Shown: positions 48,347 through 61,105 of the stretch, in pieces | Layout: every line of letters starts with the position of its first letter | Numbering within the stretch: position 1 is the first letter of the stretch | Assembly (NCBI RefSeq): GCF_006345805.1 | Contig: NC_043003.1 | Location: 10,602,001 to 10,666,000, forward strand | Direction of reading: 5' to 3' | Length of the DNA: 64,000 nt | DNA from: Octopus sinensis | Lineage: Eukaryota | The notes under the pieces: generated by a model | Told to the model about the DNA's origin: nothing | The model's database searches: none | What the model saw: the letters and a program-made list of their open reading frames with translations, nothing else | Made by a program: the position numbers and the translations under genes

Positions 48347-48742
48347 TCTTTATATATAAAAGTGAAGTTGTGTGTCTGTCTCCTACGATTTAGATTCCTA
48401 ATTACTCCCACATTTTGTGGGGCAGTGTAACCAAAAGCAGGTATCTTATAGTCGTGATTCATATCGTGCCCTTCTGGGTATTAGTGTGCGTCTACGATGA
48501 GTCTACGATTTAAAAAAAAATTTACCATCATTTTTTCCCATTTTTAATGCATTTTTTTTTGCTATTATATAAGGGAAGTAACTCTCTAAAAATGTATTAT
48601 TAAATCTCAGAACGTAAAAAGCTACAGTAACACCCCCTTTGTGGTTAGCCATATTGAGATGGCTATTATACTTTACATCTCTAAAAATGCTTATATAGTT
48701 ATTTCCCTTACAAACCCGAGCAACGCTGGGCGATACTGCTAG
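48347..48742 (+). mobile_element. Non-autonomous Helitron
   Basis: Begins TC after A (A|TCTTTATATATAAAAG), ends CTAG before T, subterminal hairpin CCCGAGCAACGCTGGG 12 bp from the end, no TSD. Confidence 0.85.
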
Positions 48743-48938
48743 TATAAGATAAAACATATAACAATGATTACGTAATGTGCAAAAAAGTGTTTTTTTTTCT
48801 AATTTATATATATATATTATATTTTATGAAATTTGATTTAGTTTTTCTAAATTGAATTTTTCCCTGTAAGTTTGGAATATTATTCCCTCATATTATTATT
48901 ATATTTATATATATACATATACACACACACATCACATA

Positions 48939-49809
48939 TATCTGGACTGTTGTCATAGTAACGAAACTAAAGCACACAGAGTAAAGCCATTTGTCATAGA
49001 TTCACATTGAACTCTGCTGTGCATATGCACTAAGTTTTAACATACTAGCTCACTTCTGCTGTTTACAGCACTGCTTGGAAGGAAGGTGTGTAGCGTGTGA
49101 TTGTCGCATTGACCATGACAGAGAAAGTTGTCATGGCGATACCTGCTCAGAAACTGACACAAAGTTGCAGAAAGTGTATGGAGAGGAGTGTATGAGCTGC
49201 ACATAAGCACATGAGTGGTTCAGACACTTTCAAAATGGCTGGAAAAATGTTGATATTGATGAACGCTTTGGGAGATCAGCAGAACTGAGAAAAACATCAC
49301 AAATGTGCATGCAGCTGTGAGGGGAAATCATCGAATCACCATCCGTGAGTTATCAGAGGATGTACAAATTAGTTACGGTTCAGTTCAGTCCATTATCATT
49401 GAAGATTTGGGTATGAGAGTCGTGTCTGCCAAGTTTGTGCCAAAACTGCTTTCAGCTGACCAAAAAGACACTCGGGTTTCAGTTGCACAAGATCTCCTTG
49501 ATTGAGTCGAGAACGGTGAAAACGTTTTGAAACTTTGTGTAGGCCTCTGAGCAGGTATCACCAAGCTTTTGGCAAAATTTGATGCAGATTCTCTGCTCAA
49601 CTTTCTCTGTCATGGTCAATGCAACAATCACATGCTACACACCTTCCTTCCAAACACTGCTGCAAACAGCGGAAGTGAGCTAGAATGTTAAAACTTGTTG
49701 CACATGCACAGCAGGGTTCAAAGTCAATTTGTGCCAAGCAGCTTTACTCTGCATGCTTTAGCTTCGTTACTATGGCAAAAGTCTGGATACTTATTGATCA
49801 GCCCTCATA
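48939..49809. mobile_element. Fold-back non-autonomous mariner derivative with ~230-280 bp inverted arms
   Basis: ~48939-49170 mirrored by ~49530-49790; internal transposase HTH (NHRITIRELSEDVQISYGSVQSIIIEDLGMRVVSAKFVPKLL); right arm encodes MTEKVEQRICIKFCQKLGDTCSEAYTKF on minus; right end TATTGATCAGCCCTCATA. Confidence 0.85.
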
Positions 49810-50011
49810 TACATATATACATATACACAAGTACACACACATAAACATATATACATATATACACACATATTTACATATATACATATACACATGTATATAT
49901 ATATGTACATATATACATATATATATACATACATTTATATATAAACATGCATATGTATATACAAACACATATATAAATATATATTTATACATACACATAT
50001 TATAAACACAG

Positions 50012-50045
<34 letters not shown>

Positions 50046-51015
50046 GGCAAAGTAGACCAGTGATGGCAGTCCATATCATATCCTTCTGTGGTAGCTTCTT
50101 CATCCAATTCTAACCAACAATCATTCCGCAAGGCAATGGCCTCGATGGACTGACTAAACCAGGAGAGGCTAGCTGATTGATCTCAGTCCTCAGCGAGGTA
50201 GGGACCTGACAATTGCAGTAAGTGAATTCGGACTCTAGCAGACTGAGAGGAAAAGGTCAACAGTCAACTCAATGGTCAAGAATGTGGCTTTTGCAAGCAA
50301 AATGTATCATGTAGAGCATGGCAAGACATAGAAGGCACCTTTGTTACCTACAGAGAAAGACAGGCTGATGATACACAAATCATAACTCATCATTCAACAT
50401 TCGTCCTACTTCTTGAGTAAGACAGTATCAAACTAATACACTTGCTTGTTGTTTATACACCTGTCTTTATCTTTTGTTTATCTAGAAATTTCAACAATAT
50501 ATATATATATATAAATATATATATTTATAATGTACTGATACATGATGAAAATTCAACAAAAAAGTACTCTGTTGGTGAGAGATAAATATTATTTATTTAA
50601 AGATCTCAAAACATGTATTAAAATGCTATTAATAGTTTCATATGTTGAAAAAACTCAAACATATTCTTCAGGCACAAACCACATATCATAACAAACTAAA
50701 GAAATTGAATTATAGAAGAAACACAAAAAAACTGAGAAGGCAATATATAGAAAATGCATACTGTAAACAACAGAAAACGAAAAACGGAAACTAAAATGTA
50801 AAGAATAAAAAGTGAAAAAGATAAAAGAGTTATCCTCCTTAGACCTTAAATGATAAGGTTGGAAAGATATCAATTCAGTCGGGAATGAGCAGAATTTTCC
50901 AATTCTTCAAAATATATTCATACATAAGCATGCAAAGAGAGAGAGGAGGTTTAAAACAAATACATTTATTTCACCAGCTGATATCCATATATGAAGATCA
51001 TTTCGCAACATTCTA

Positions 51016-51205
51016 TTGTGGTAAGTAGCTTGCTTACAAACCACATGATTCCAGGTTCAGTCCCACTGTGTGGCACCTTGGGCAAGTGTCTACTATAGAC
51101 TCGGGCCGACCAAAGCCTTGTGAGTGGATTTGGTAGATGGAAACTGAAAGAAGCCCATCGTATATATATATATATAAGTATGTATGTATGTATGTGTGTG
51201 TGTAT
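51016..51205 (+). mobile_element. Family 1 SINE head/core, truncated at the microsatellite
   Basis: TGTGGTAAGTAGCTTGCTTAC...GAAACTGAAAGAAGCCCATCG(TA)n. Confidence 0.85.
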
Positions 51206-51592
51206 ATTTTAGTGTATAATAAATAATAGATAATTTTACACATCTGTATTAGTGCATATAATATAAATTATATAGCGCAGTTGTATAATTTATAAATTAA
51301 TACAGGTAAAAGAGCTTGCATTGGACTATACATTACACACCTTTGTCTTGGTTTATTATGTGGTATTTTCTGTGGTTCCAGGCACTTGGAAGGTACAGTA
51401 AAGGGCAGAAATAGTTGTGGTTCCCTGCTCCCCCAACTCACATAACTACTGTATCCGTTGGTGGAATGCTGCATAGTCAGTACTGAGCATCATTGATTAC
51501 TGAAGCTTAATCGAATTACAAACAGCAGCCTTTCATTGTGGCAGTCAAGTTAAAAACAATTGCATATATATATATATATATATATAAATATA

Positions 51593-51913
51593 TCATCATC
51601 ATCGTTTAGCATCCGCTTTCCATCCTAGCATGGGTTGGACGATTTGACTGAGGTCTGGCAAACCAGATGGCAGCACCAGACTCCAATCTAATCTGGCAGA
51701 GTTTCTACAGCTGGATACCCTTCCTAACACCAACCACTCCAAGAGTGTAGTAGGTGCCTTTACATGCCACCAGCACAGGGGCCAGTCAGGTGGTACTGGC
51801 AACGGCCACACTCAAATGGTGCTTTTGTGTGCCACCTGCATAGGAGCCAGTCCAGCAGCACTGGCAATGACCTCACTCGAATGTTTTTCACGTGCCACCA
51901 GCACAAGTGCCAG
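51593..51913 (-). mobile_element. RTE family 3'-end copy within (TA)n
   Basis: (TA)n-(CAT)n-CGTTTAGCATCCGCTTTCCAT...TTTTCACGTGCCACCAGCACAAGTGCCAG-(TA)n. Confidence 0.85.
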
Positions 51914-51931
51914 TTATATATATATATATAC

Positions 51932-51968
<37 letters not shown>

Positions 51969-52254
51969 CATACTCATACTCTTTTCACATTAATGTTCCA
52001 TGCTAGCATGGGCTGGATAGGTTTGTAGGATCCAGTGGGTACAAGGACTGCATCATACTCCAGATTCTGCTTCGACATGGTTTCCTTAGCTGGAGACTGA
52101 TCACTTTGCAGAATGTATTAAGGGGTTTTTTCATGACACTAGCTCTAATGAGGTCACCAAACAGCTTGCAAGACTACAAACCATAAAAGGGAACAGCTTT
52201 ATACTAAGATATGAGAGGTTGAAGTACCAAAGAAGATAAAAGGGAAAGGTAACC

Positions 52255-52505
52255 TCCTCTAGTCATGCCGACCCATAAGGACCAGTTTCCTGGTTTCTAT
52301 GGATATAAATGTTTTCTATGGGATATAAGTTCCTCACCTGGATGGGACACCGGTCCATCGCAAGATTACTCACTTTTGCCAGCTGAGTGGACTGGAGTAA
52401 TGTGAAATGAAGTGTTTTGCTCAAGGACACAACACGTCACCCAGTCCAAGAATTGAAACCACAATATTATGATCATGAGTCCAATACCCTAACCACTGAG
52501 CCACT
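52255..52505 (-). mobile_element. SINE with family 4 head and V-domain-like tail
   Basis: Minus strand TGGCTCAGTGGTTAGGG..GACTCATGATC..GTTTCAATTC, GTGTCCTTGAGCAAAACACTT, TTGCGATGGACCGGTGTCCCATCCAGG, GAAACCAGGAAACTGGTCCTTATGGG. Confidence 0.7.
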
Positions 52506-53369
52506 CACATGAAAGAAGGGGCCAGAGTAGAGCAGGGTTTCTTGTTGTAGAGGTGCTCCATGATAACTCACATTTTAGAAGTGAAGGCAGGTGTGATCAG
52601 ATTAGAGTTGGACAAGGTGAGTGGAGAGAAAGGAAGCTGGAGTGTGGGTGGATGAGCAGAGAGTGCAAGAGGGTAAGGGACAGCGGAAGACAGGGAATCG
52701 GTGAAGGGGAAAGGAGGTAGGCAACAACTGTTAGGACTAAAGGGTAGATGTAGCGAATGGAGGATAAGTTGAGAGTGGAGGGCATGAGTAGAAAGAGGCA
52801 GGAGTAGGAAATGACTGACAGTGCAGGAAAAAAGGTGAGAGCAGCGGAATGGTAATGAAGATGCAATTGACAGGAGAATGATGAGAGAAATGAAATGTGG
52901 TTGGGTATGTTACAGGAGCATGTGAATGATGGGAGAAAGAGAGAATCAGGCATGAGGACAGTGAGTGATGTATACATACACACACATATGTGCACAAGCA
53001 TGTGAGCATGTGTGTGTGTATTCATACATTACACACACACTCTATATGTCCCTCCACAGACACACAAAGTCGTATACATGTGTGTATGTGCATGTTTGTA
53101 TGTGTGTGTGTGTCGACTCTGAAGTGATCCTCCTATACAGGATCAAAGCAGAGCATGATATCAACATAAAAATAAAATTACATTTTTTCCTAAAATTTCT
53201 TAAATTAAGTGGAATTCATTTCTGGTGCTTTATTAAAACTGTCAATAACTACGTTATGCAAATTAAAATTTCATGTTTAAACTAATTTAAAAGAGTGAGA
53301 AAAAAAAAGACTCTTTTTGTTCATATGTGTTTTGAAATTTATTAATATATAATTTTATTCATGTATGAA

Positions 53370-53976
53370 CTGGCATGGCTGTGATTAAGAAGCTCACTTT
53401 GCAATCATAAGCTTTCAGGTTCAATCCCACTGTAAAGCACCTCAGGCAAGTGTCTTCTACTATAGCCCCAGGCTGATCAAAGCCTTGTAAGTGGGTAAAT
53501 GGAAACTGGGTGGAAGCCCATTGTGTATGTGCATGTGAATGTGTGTGAATGTGTGTGCATCTGTATATGCATGCATGTATGTGTATGTGTGTGTGCATAC
53601 ATGTGTGTGTATGTATATGTGCATGCATTTGTGCATATATGTGTGTATGTGTGTGTACTTACATGTGTGTATGTGTTTGTGTGCGTATGTGTGTGTGTGC
53701 ATGCATATGTGTGTGTGCATGCATATGTGTGAGTTTGTGTGTGTGTGTGCATCTTTGTGTGCATCCCCCCACAAATACAGAACACACCACTCGACAATCC
53801 GTGTTGGTTTGTTTACATCCCCATAACTTAGCAGTTTGGCAGAGGGGATCAAAAGAATAAGTACCAGACATAAAAGTGATTACTCAGATCAATCTGTTCA
53901 ACAAGAAACCCTTCAAGGTTGTGCCCCAGCATGGCCACAGTCCAATGACTGAAACAAGTAGAAGATAAAAAAGATA
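53370..53976 (+). mobile_element. Family 1 SINE with expanded (TG/TGCA)n centre
   Basis: Head GGCATGGCTGTGATTAAG, core GGCAAGTGTCTTCTACTATAGCC, tail CCCAGCATGGCCACAGTCCAATGACTGAAACAAG. Confidence 0.85.
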
Positions 53977-55083
53977 TAGCTTGAGAATAGTCTGTGTGTG
54001 TGTGCATGCATGCAAGTGCAAGTGTGTGTGCATGCAAATGTGTGTGACAATATGTGTGTGTGCATGCATGCAAGTGTGTGTGTGCATGTGTGCATATATG
54101 CAAGTGTGTTTGTGTGTATGCATGTAAGTGTGTGTGTACATGTGATGTGTGCATGCTTGCAAGTGTTGTTTGTGTATATGTGCATACATGCAAGTGTGTT
54201 TGTATGTGTGCATGCATGCAAAAGCATATGTGCATGCATGCAAGTTTATGTGTGCATTGTATGTGTGCATGTGCATGTGTGCATGTATGGAAGTGTGTGT
54301 GTGCATGCTTGCAAGTGTTTGTATGAATGCATGTATGCATACTTGCAAGTGTGTGTGTGCATGTGTGCATGCATGCAAGTGTGTGTGTGTACATGTGTTC
54401 ATGCTTGCAACTGTATCTGTGTGTGTATTTCAAGGCACAGGATTTATTCTGGGATTAAGAAGTTTGCTTTGTACTGGCATGGTCATGGGTTCAATCCTAC
54501 TACACCGCACAGTTGATAACTGTTTTCTTCTAAGGCCCTCATGTCAACCAAGAGCTTGTGAATAAAACGGGCAAACTGGAACACAATGGAAGCTCTCATT
54601 GCATATGAAAACCGTAGCAGGCACTTGCATGAGAGAGAGCCATGATTCTGTTGATTGCTTAAGGGACCTTTGTAGTGGTGAGAAGACACAGGCAGCTTCT
54701 AATCCGTCCCGTGTTTGACCTGGTAGAGCATCAAGGTTGTGACAACTGGTGACAGGAAGGGGCTGCAGTCAATTGTCAGTTGCTTCTAATTTAAGCGGAA
54801 TCTAGAGCACCATTCTAGTATTTCAAGATATTTTTATATGATTTTGGTAAATCTATCTGTTAAAATGAGATGTCAGTGATAGTTTTATTTTTGCATAATT
54901 TAGGCGACAGTTTATTCACCACACTCTGTATGTGTGTGTGTGTGTGTGTATGTACACACAAACACATATTATACATGGCATATTACATATACATTACATA
55001 TTTCATGCATTATACACACACCAATATATATATATATATATATATAATATATATATATGTATACACATACACACATACACACC

Positions 55084-55121
<38 letters not shown>

Positions 55122-56272
55122 ATATATATGCATATATATATATTTATATATATATGTATATACAGAAACACACACGTGCACACACACATACACACACAAA
55201 GACACACACATACACTAACACACACACACACACATATATATATGAACATTGAACACTGAATAATTAATACATTCTACACAAACCATCATAACCACCAGCA
55301 ACAGCCACCACCACCGCCACCACCACCACCATCGCAAATAAACACCAGCAGCTAAATGAAATCCATCATCATCGTCATCATCATCACCACTACCACCACC
55401 ACCACACCACCACCACCATCGCAAATAAACACCAGCAGCTAAATGAAATCCATCATCATCGTCATCATCATCACCACTACCACCACCACCACCACCACCA
55501 CCACCACCATCATCATCATCATCCCCATCAAGATAAATAACAGCAATAAATATCGAGGTTAATTTTCGCGAGTGTTTATTTTCCTCGTTTATTGGGTAAA
55601 AATTAATTCCAGTGTCAAACGAAACACGCAGTCTTTGATTCAGTGCCGAGATAACTGTGGAAACAGAGTCGAAAAATTGGATTTTACCAAAGATGGAAAG
55701 AATAAGGTGAGCTTTCGAAGGAGGAGGTAGAAACGAGTGCACTCTTCAGAGATGGAGAACGGTTTTAGCGTTGGATGGATGCTGAGAGGATGGTGGATGG
55801 TGGATGCGGAGACGATGTACGTTAGGAATGCGTGGCATAATTTTCAAAGTAGCAGAGAATGGAAAATATCAATATTCAATATTTCTTTTATGAAATTTAT
55901 TTTCACTGCTGCCATCGCCACCGCTACCGCCACCGCGCCTCGCTTCAACCCCTTCCCACCATCACCCCCATTGCACTGTTGCTGCTCTTTTGTTTTTTGT
56001 TATTGTTGAGGGGTTTTTTGTGTGCTTTTTTTCGGTGTTGCTGTGTTATGGCAAAAACAAATCGATTATGTCATCAAAGTGTTGCTTTCAAATAGTATAT
56101 ATATATACACATATATACATATATACATATATATATATATACATATATATATATACATATATATACATATATATATACATATATATACATATATATATAT
56201 ACATATATACATATATACATATATACATATATATATATATGTATATATATACACACACACATACATTTAGAT

Positions 56273-56303
<31 letters not shown>

Positions 56304-56430
56304 GAGAGATATAGATAGATAAATAGATAGATAGGTAGAGAGAGAGAGAGATAGATAGATAGATAGATAGATAAATAGAGAGAGAGAGAGAAAGAGATAG
56401 ATAGATAGATAAATAGATAGATAGGTAGAG

Positions 56431-56480
<50 letters not shown>

Positions 56481-56502
56481 ATAGAGAGAGAGAGAGAGAA
56501 AG

Positions 56503-56560
<58 letters not shown>

Positions 56561-56582
56561 ATAGAGAGAGAGAGAGAGAAAG

Positions 56583-56622
<40 letters not shown>

Positions 56623-56899
56623 GGATAGATTAGAATAAATAGAGAGATGACATGAGTACATATTACATTTAGATGAACATGTCACATATATCCCATAAGT
56701 AAGTCACTGTTTAAACACTGACAGAGCATTTATCGATGTCTTACTTACAGAACACCTGCGATTTATACCAAACTGCTTACATTTATCTATTAATAAATAT
56801 AAAAGTGCATCTTCTCCTCCCACTCCCCTCTCCCTCTCTCTCACTTTGTTTCTCTTTCTTTTTTCTCCCTTATACACACACACCATCCACAGATTGGTG

Positions 56900-57965
56900 T
56901 TTATTATTTTAAATAGCTGAAGGACCATCCCTACCACTTATTCTCTCACAAGTTATCCTTCTCACTACCTGGAGCCATTTCACTAGATTTCCATCCATCA
57001 TCCTTAACCCTGTCCACTCACCTTTCGCATTGATCATCTCCACCACCATCACCACCAGGCCACCAAATAATCTTTCTCCAGCACCATATATCTCTCACTC
57101 ACACCTCATGCCCTGCACCTGCTTCTCTCTCTCTCTCTCCGTCTCTCTTTCTCTCTTTCCCAGATGCTCTTGCAACCTACCCAACCACACATCATTTTTC
57201 TCTATCTCGTCCTTCTCACATCAACTGTCTCATCATTATCCTTCTGCCGATCTTCATCACCACCTCGCTCCTTTCTGCACTGTCAGCCATCTCCCCTACC
57301 TCCCCACCAACTTATATGCATCATTGGTCAACCCCACCCCTTATCCACCATTCACTACAGCCACTCCTCAACCTTATCCAATCTTTGCAGTTGTCACCTA
57401 CTCTTCCCTACTTCCCCTACTTATTATCTCTCAACAGTTGGTCTTCATTCAATATATTCTCACACGCCCTCATCCATTCCCCATCTCCCACTCTCCACAC
57501 ACTCTTGCAACCTCATCCCACCCACACTCTTAGTCCCTCTCATTTTTATTCATTTTTACTCTCCTCCTGCTTTCATGGTCCAACCAAGTACCTCATCATC
57601 ACTATTCTTATCTCTCCCCACCTCCACCCTTTCTTCTCATAGGTGAGTAACCATGGAGCTTCTCTACAGCAAGAAACTCATTCTGCTCTGGACCCTTCAC
57701 TTATATTTTAACACCACGTTTCCAAGCACAAAGCTACCTCCCGCCAGGGTTTATATTCTTGTAAGCTGCACAGCAACCTCACTTGTGCTGGTGCCATAAA
57801 AAAAACCCAGGGCATGCTGTATTTGTTGGCAGTGGGAAGACATCCAGCCATAGATATGGTGGCAAAGCAGACAGAGGAACATATGGCAAGCCTCTACCTT
57901 GGACAAGCTGGAACTTGCCAAGCCATCCAACCCATGCTAGCACAGAACATAGACATTAAATGATG
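56900..57965 (+). mobile_element. Old RTE-type 3' region with pyrimidine-rich UTR (inverted relative at ~51975-52965)
   Basis: GTGAGTAACCATGGAGCTTCTCTACAGCAAGAAAC matches the reverse complement of ~52538-52571; ends CATCCAACCCATGCTAGCA..GACATTAAATGATGA. Confidence 0.55.
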
Positions 57966-58319
57966 AGGCATATGATAACATATGTATGTGTGTATTGTTC
58001 ATCTAACAATCCAACGAGGACCATCTTGTCATCTGGTCATCTTTGTTGGAGGATGCGATATGTAATAATAATAAGTCTGCTGTCTGTGGTTTCAGTCAAA
58101 ACATCCAACGCATTACGGCATGGAACACAGTTGTTAAATGATGACGATGATGATGACGATGACAATGACAAACAGACAGAGATAGATAGGTAGATAGATA
58201 TATATTTACATATAAAGATTTTCAAATTCTCAAATAAATATTAAAAACCAGGACTTTGCTTCAGCTGCGCTGACAGTTGGCATCACTTCAAACAAACATT
58301 GTTACAATAGCTAAATTCA

Positions 58320-58948
58320 GGTGGTGGCAGAGTGATGATGACAATGATGATGATATTGATGATAATGATGTTGCTGTTGTTGTTGCAGGTGGTGGTGGTG
58401 GTGGTGGTGGTGGTGGTGGTGTTGATGGTGGTGGAGTGATGATAACAATGATGATGATGATGATGTTTGTAGTGGTGGTGGTGGTAGTGGCATTGATGGT
58501 AGTGGAGTGATGATGACAATGATGATATTGTTGTTGTTGTTGTTTTTGGTGGTGGTGGTGGTGGTGGTGGTGTTGATGGTGGTGGAGTGATGATAACAAT
58601 GATGATGATGATGATGTTGTAGTGGTGGTGGTGGTAGTGGCATTGATGGTAGTGGAGTGATGATGACAATGATGATGTTGTTGTTGTTGTTTTTGGTGGT
58701 GGTGGTGGTGGTGGTGGTGATGGAGTGATGATGACAATGATGATCATGTTTGTGGTGGTGGTGGTGGTGGTGGTGGTGGTGGTGGCAGTGGTGGCGTTGA
58801 TGGTGGTGGAGTGATGATAAGAATGATGATAATGATGATGATGTTGATGGTAGTGGTGGCGGCAGTGATAGTGGTGGAGAGATGACGACGACAACGATGA
58901 TGATGAGAATGATGACGATGATAACAATGATGATGATGATGATAGTGA
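58320..58948. repeat. (GGT/GAT/GTT)n block with a ~110-140 bp higher-order unit
   Basis: GTAGTGGTGGTGGTGGTAGTGGCATTGATGGTAGTGGAGTGATGATGACAATGATGAT recurs at ~58469 and ~58618, with a variant at ~58752. Confidence 0.85.
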
Positions 58949-59397
58949 TCAGCTATAGAATTTTAGAGAATGATAGACATTTCTAGAACGTAAGAGCTGC
59001 TGCTCAGAGTCAGAAACTGTCAATAATGCCAGAAAGAAACAAGTCATTTTCGCTTGGTGCCTTATCAAAGAACGACGCCTGACAGCAGAGGATACACAAG
59101 GTCAGATAGTAAATACATAAACGTAAATATCTCCCAGCCTCCTCCCCTGCGGCTCAAAATGAGTGATGCTAATTCTTCGTTTCATGGTATTAATCCTCTA
59201 TAACACCTACCGTTAATAATTCTTGATGCTTCCAATACAATATGCTGTTGTGAAAAGGAAACGACACAATTGAAAGCTTTGACAAGCTCTAAGGATTCCG
59301 TTCTGTTTGAACAATACATTATTGCATGCAACCAATTAGGATATCTCTGGCAGTTGCCGTGGAATTATTGACAACTCAAAATGTATCTTTGGTGGGT

Positions 59398-60183
59398 TGT
59401 GTGTGTGTGTACGTATGCATGTGTGTGTGTATGTGTATACGTATGCGTGCGTGTGTGTGTGTGTGTTTGTGTATGTATGTATGCATGTATGTGTGTGTAT
59501 GTATGAGAGTGATAGTTTGGGTATGCCTGCATGTGTGTATGTTTTTGTATGTGTTTGTGTATGTGTGCATGCATGTGTGTGTGTGTATGTATGTGTGTGT
59601 TAGTGTGTGTATGCGTGCATGCATGTGTGTGTGTGTCTGTATGTTTGGGTTTGTGTGTGTACGAATGCATGTGTGTGTGCATGTTTGTGTGTGTTTGCAT
59701 GTGTATGCATGCATGTGTGTGTAGGTATGCATGTTTGTGTGCACATGTGTGTGTGTATGCATGCATGTGTGTGTATTTTTACATGTGTGTTAGTGTGTGT
59801 GCATGCATGCATGTGTGTTTGGGTGTGTATTTGTGTGTCTGTATGCATGCATGTATGTATGTATACATGCATTTGTGTGCATGTTTGTGTGTGTGTTTGT
59901 GTGTGTACGTATTTGTGTGTTTGTGTGTGTATGCATGTGTGTGTGCATGTGTGTGTGCATGCGTGTGTGCACGGGTGTTTGTGCATGTGTGTGCATGCAT
60001 ATGAGTATATTTGTGTGTATGCATGTGTGTGAGTATTTGTGTATGTGTGTTTGTGTGCATGGATGTGCACTTGTGTATGCATGCATTGTGTGTGCATGCA
60101 TGTGTGCATATGTGGGTGTTTGTGCATGTGTATGCATGCACGTGGTTTATGTGTGTGAGTATGTGTGTGTACATGTGTGTACG
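59398..60183. repeat. Degenerate (TG)n/(TGCA)n microsatellite
   Basis: Directly visible. Confidence 0.95.
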
Positions 60184-60566
60184 TCTCAGAAGAATTAATT
60201 TTGTTTTTTTTACAGCGAACATTCTCCTCCCTACATTTAAATAAACTGAAAGACAGATGAGGGATTGTTTTTCTCTTCCTTATTCCCCAGTGCAGCAGAT
60301 TGATATCACGGGTCAGAGGTGGCAAACATGCCTGGCTTTACAGGCCAGATTGAAGAATAAAGTAGATGCTACTGACCGGACACAGACAATCGTTGCTAAA
60401 AACCCTATTCATAACATCGGCCAAAGTAAATGGATGGCAGAGTCAATGGACATTACAACAACTTTAGTAATAATAAAGGAAAGAATATGACACATCAGCA
60501 AAGTTTGAATGCTGAGATGAATGAGACGTGTATATATATACATGTGTATGTATGTGTGTATATATG

Positions 60567-60619
<53 letters not shown>

Positions 60620-60915
60620 CATATATATATATATACATATATAGATATCTATATATACATATATATATCTATATATATATCATCATCATCATCGTTTAAT
60701 GTCTGTTCTCCATGCTAGCATGGGTTATATATATATATATATACACACATATATATACACACACACACACATATATATATATATATGTATGTGTATATAT
60801 GTATATATATGTGTGTGTGTGTGTGTGCATGTATACACAGACGTCTCATTCATCTCTGCATTCAAACTTTGCTAACATGCAGGGTGGCTGTGTGATAAGA
60901 AAATTATACAAGAAT

Positions 60916-61105
60916 TACTAAATCTGGATTTCAGCTTCTTTGAGCCTCATCAGAGTCAAACATTCACTGGCACCACATGCCAATTAAAAATCGGTCACTA
61001 TTGATACAGTTAAAAAGTGAATGAAATGTCACTAATGCTGTATTTAACCAGCAGGATGAATAAGCACTGATGATGCTCAAAGACGCAGAAATACCTATTT
61101 AGCAA
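60916..61105. ncRNA. Inverted pair of diverged hammerhead-like motifs
   Basis: Minus: CTGATGA-GGCT caaaga AGCT-GAAAT ccag ATTT-AGT; plus: CTGATGA-TGC tcaaagac GCA-GAAATA cc TATTT-AGC; the two arms are homologous. Confidence 0.5.

Noticed and set aside
57630-57650. Splice-donor-like AG|GTGAGT after a pyrimidine tract
   Set aside because: Part of a repeat also present inverted at ~52.55 kb; no exon between acceptor and donor
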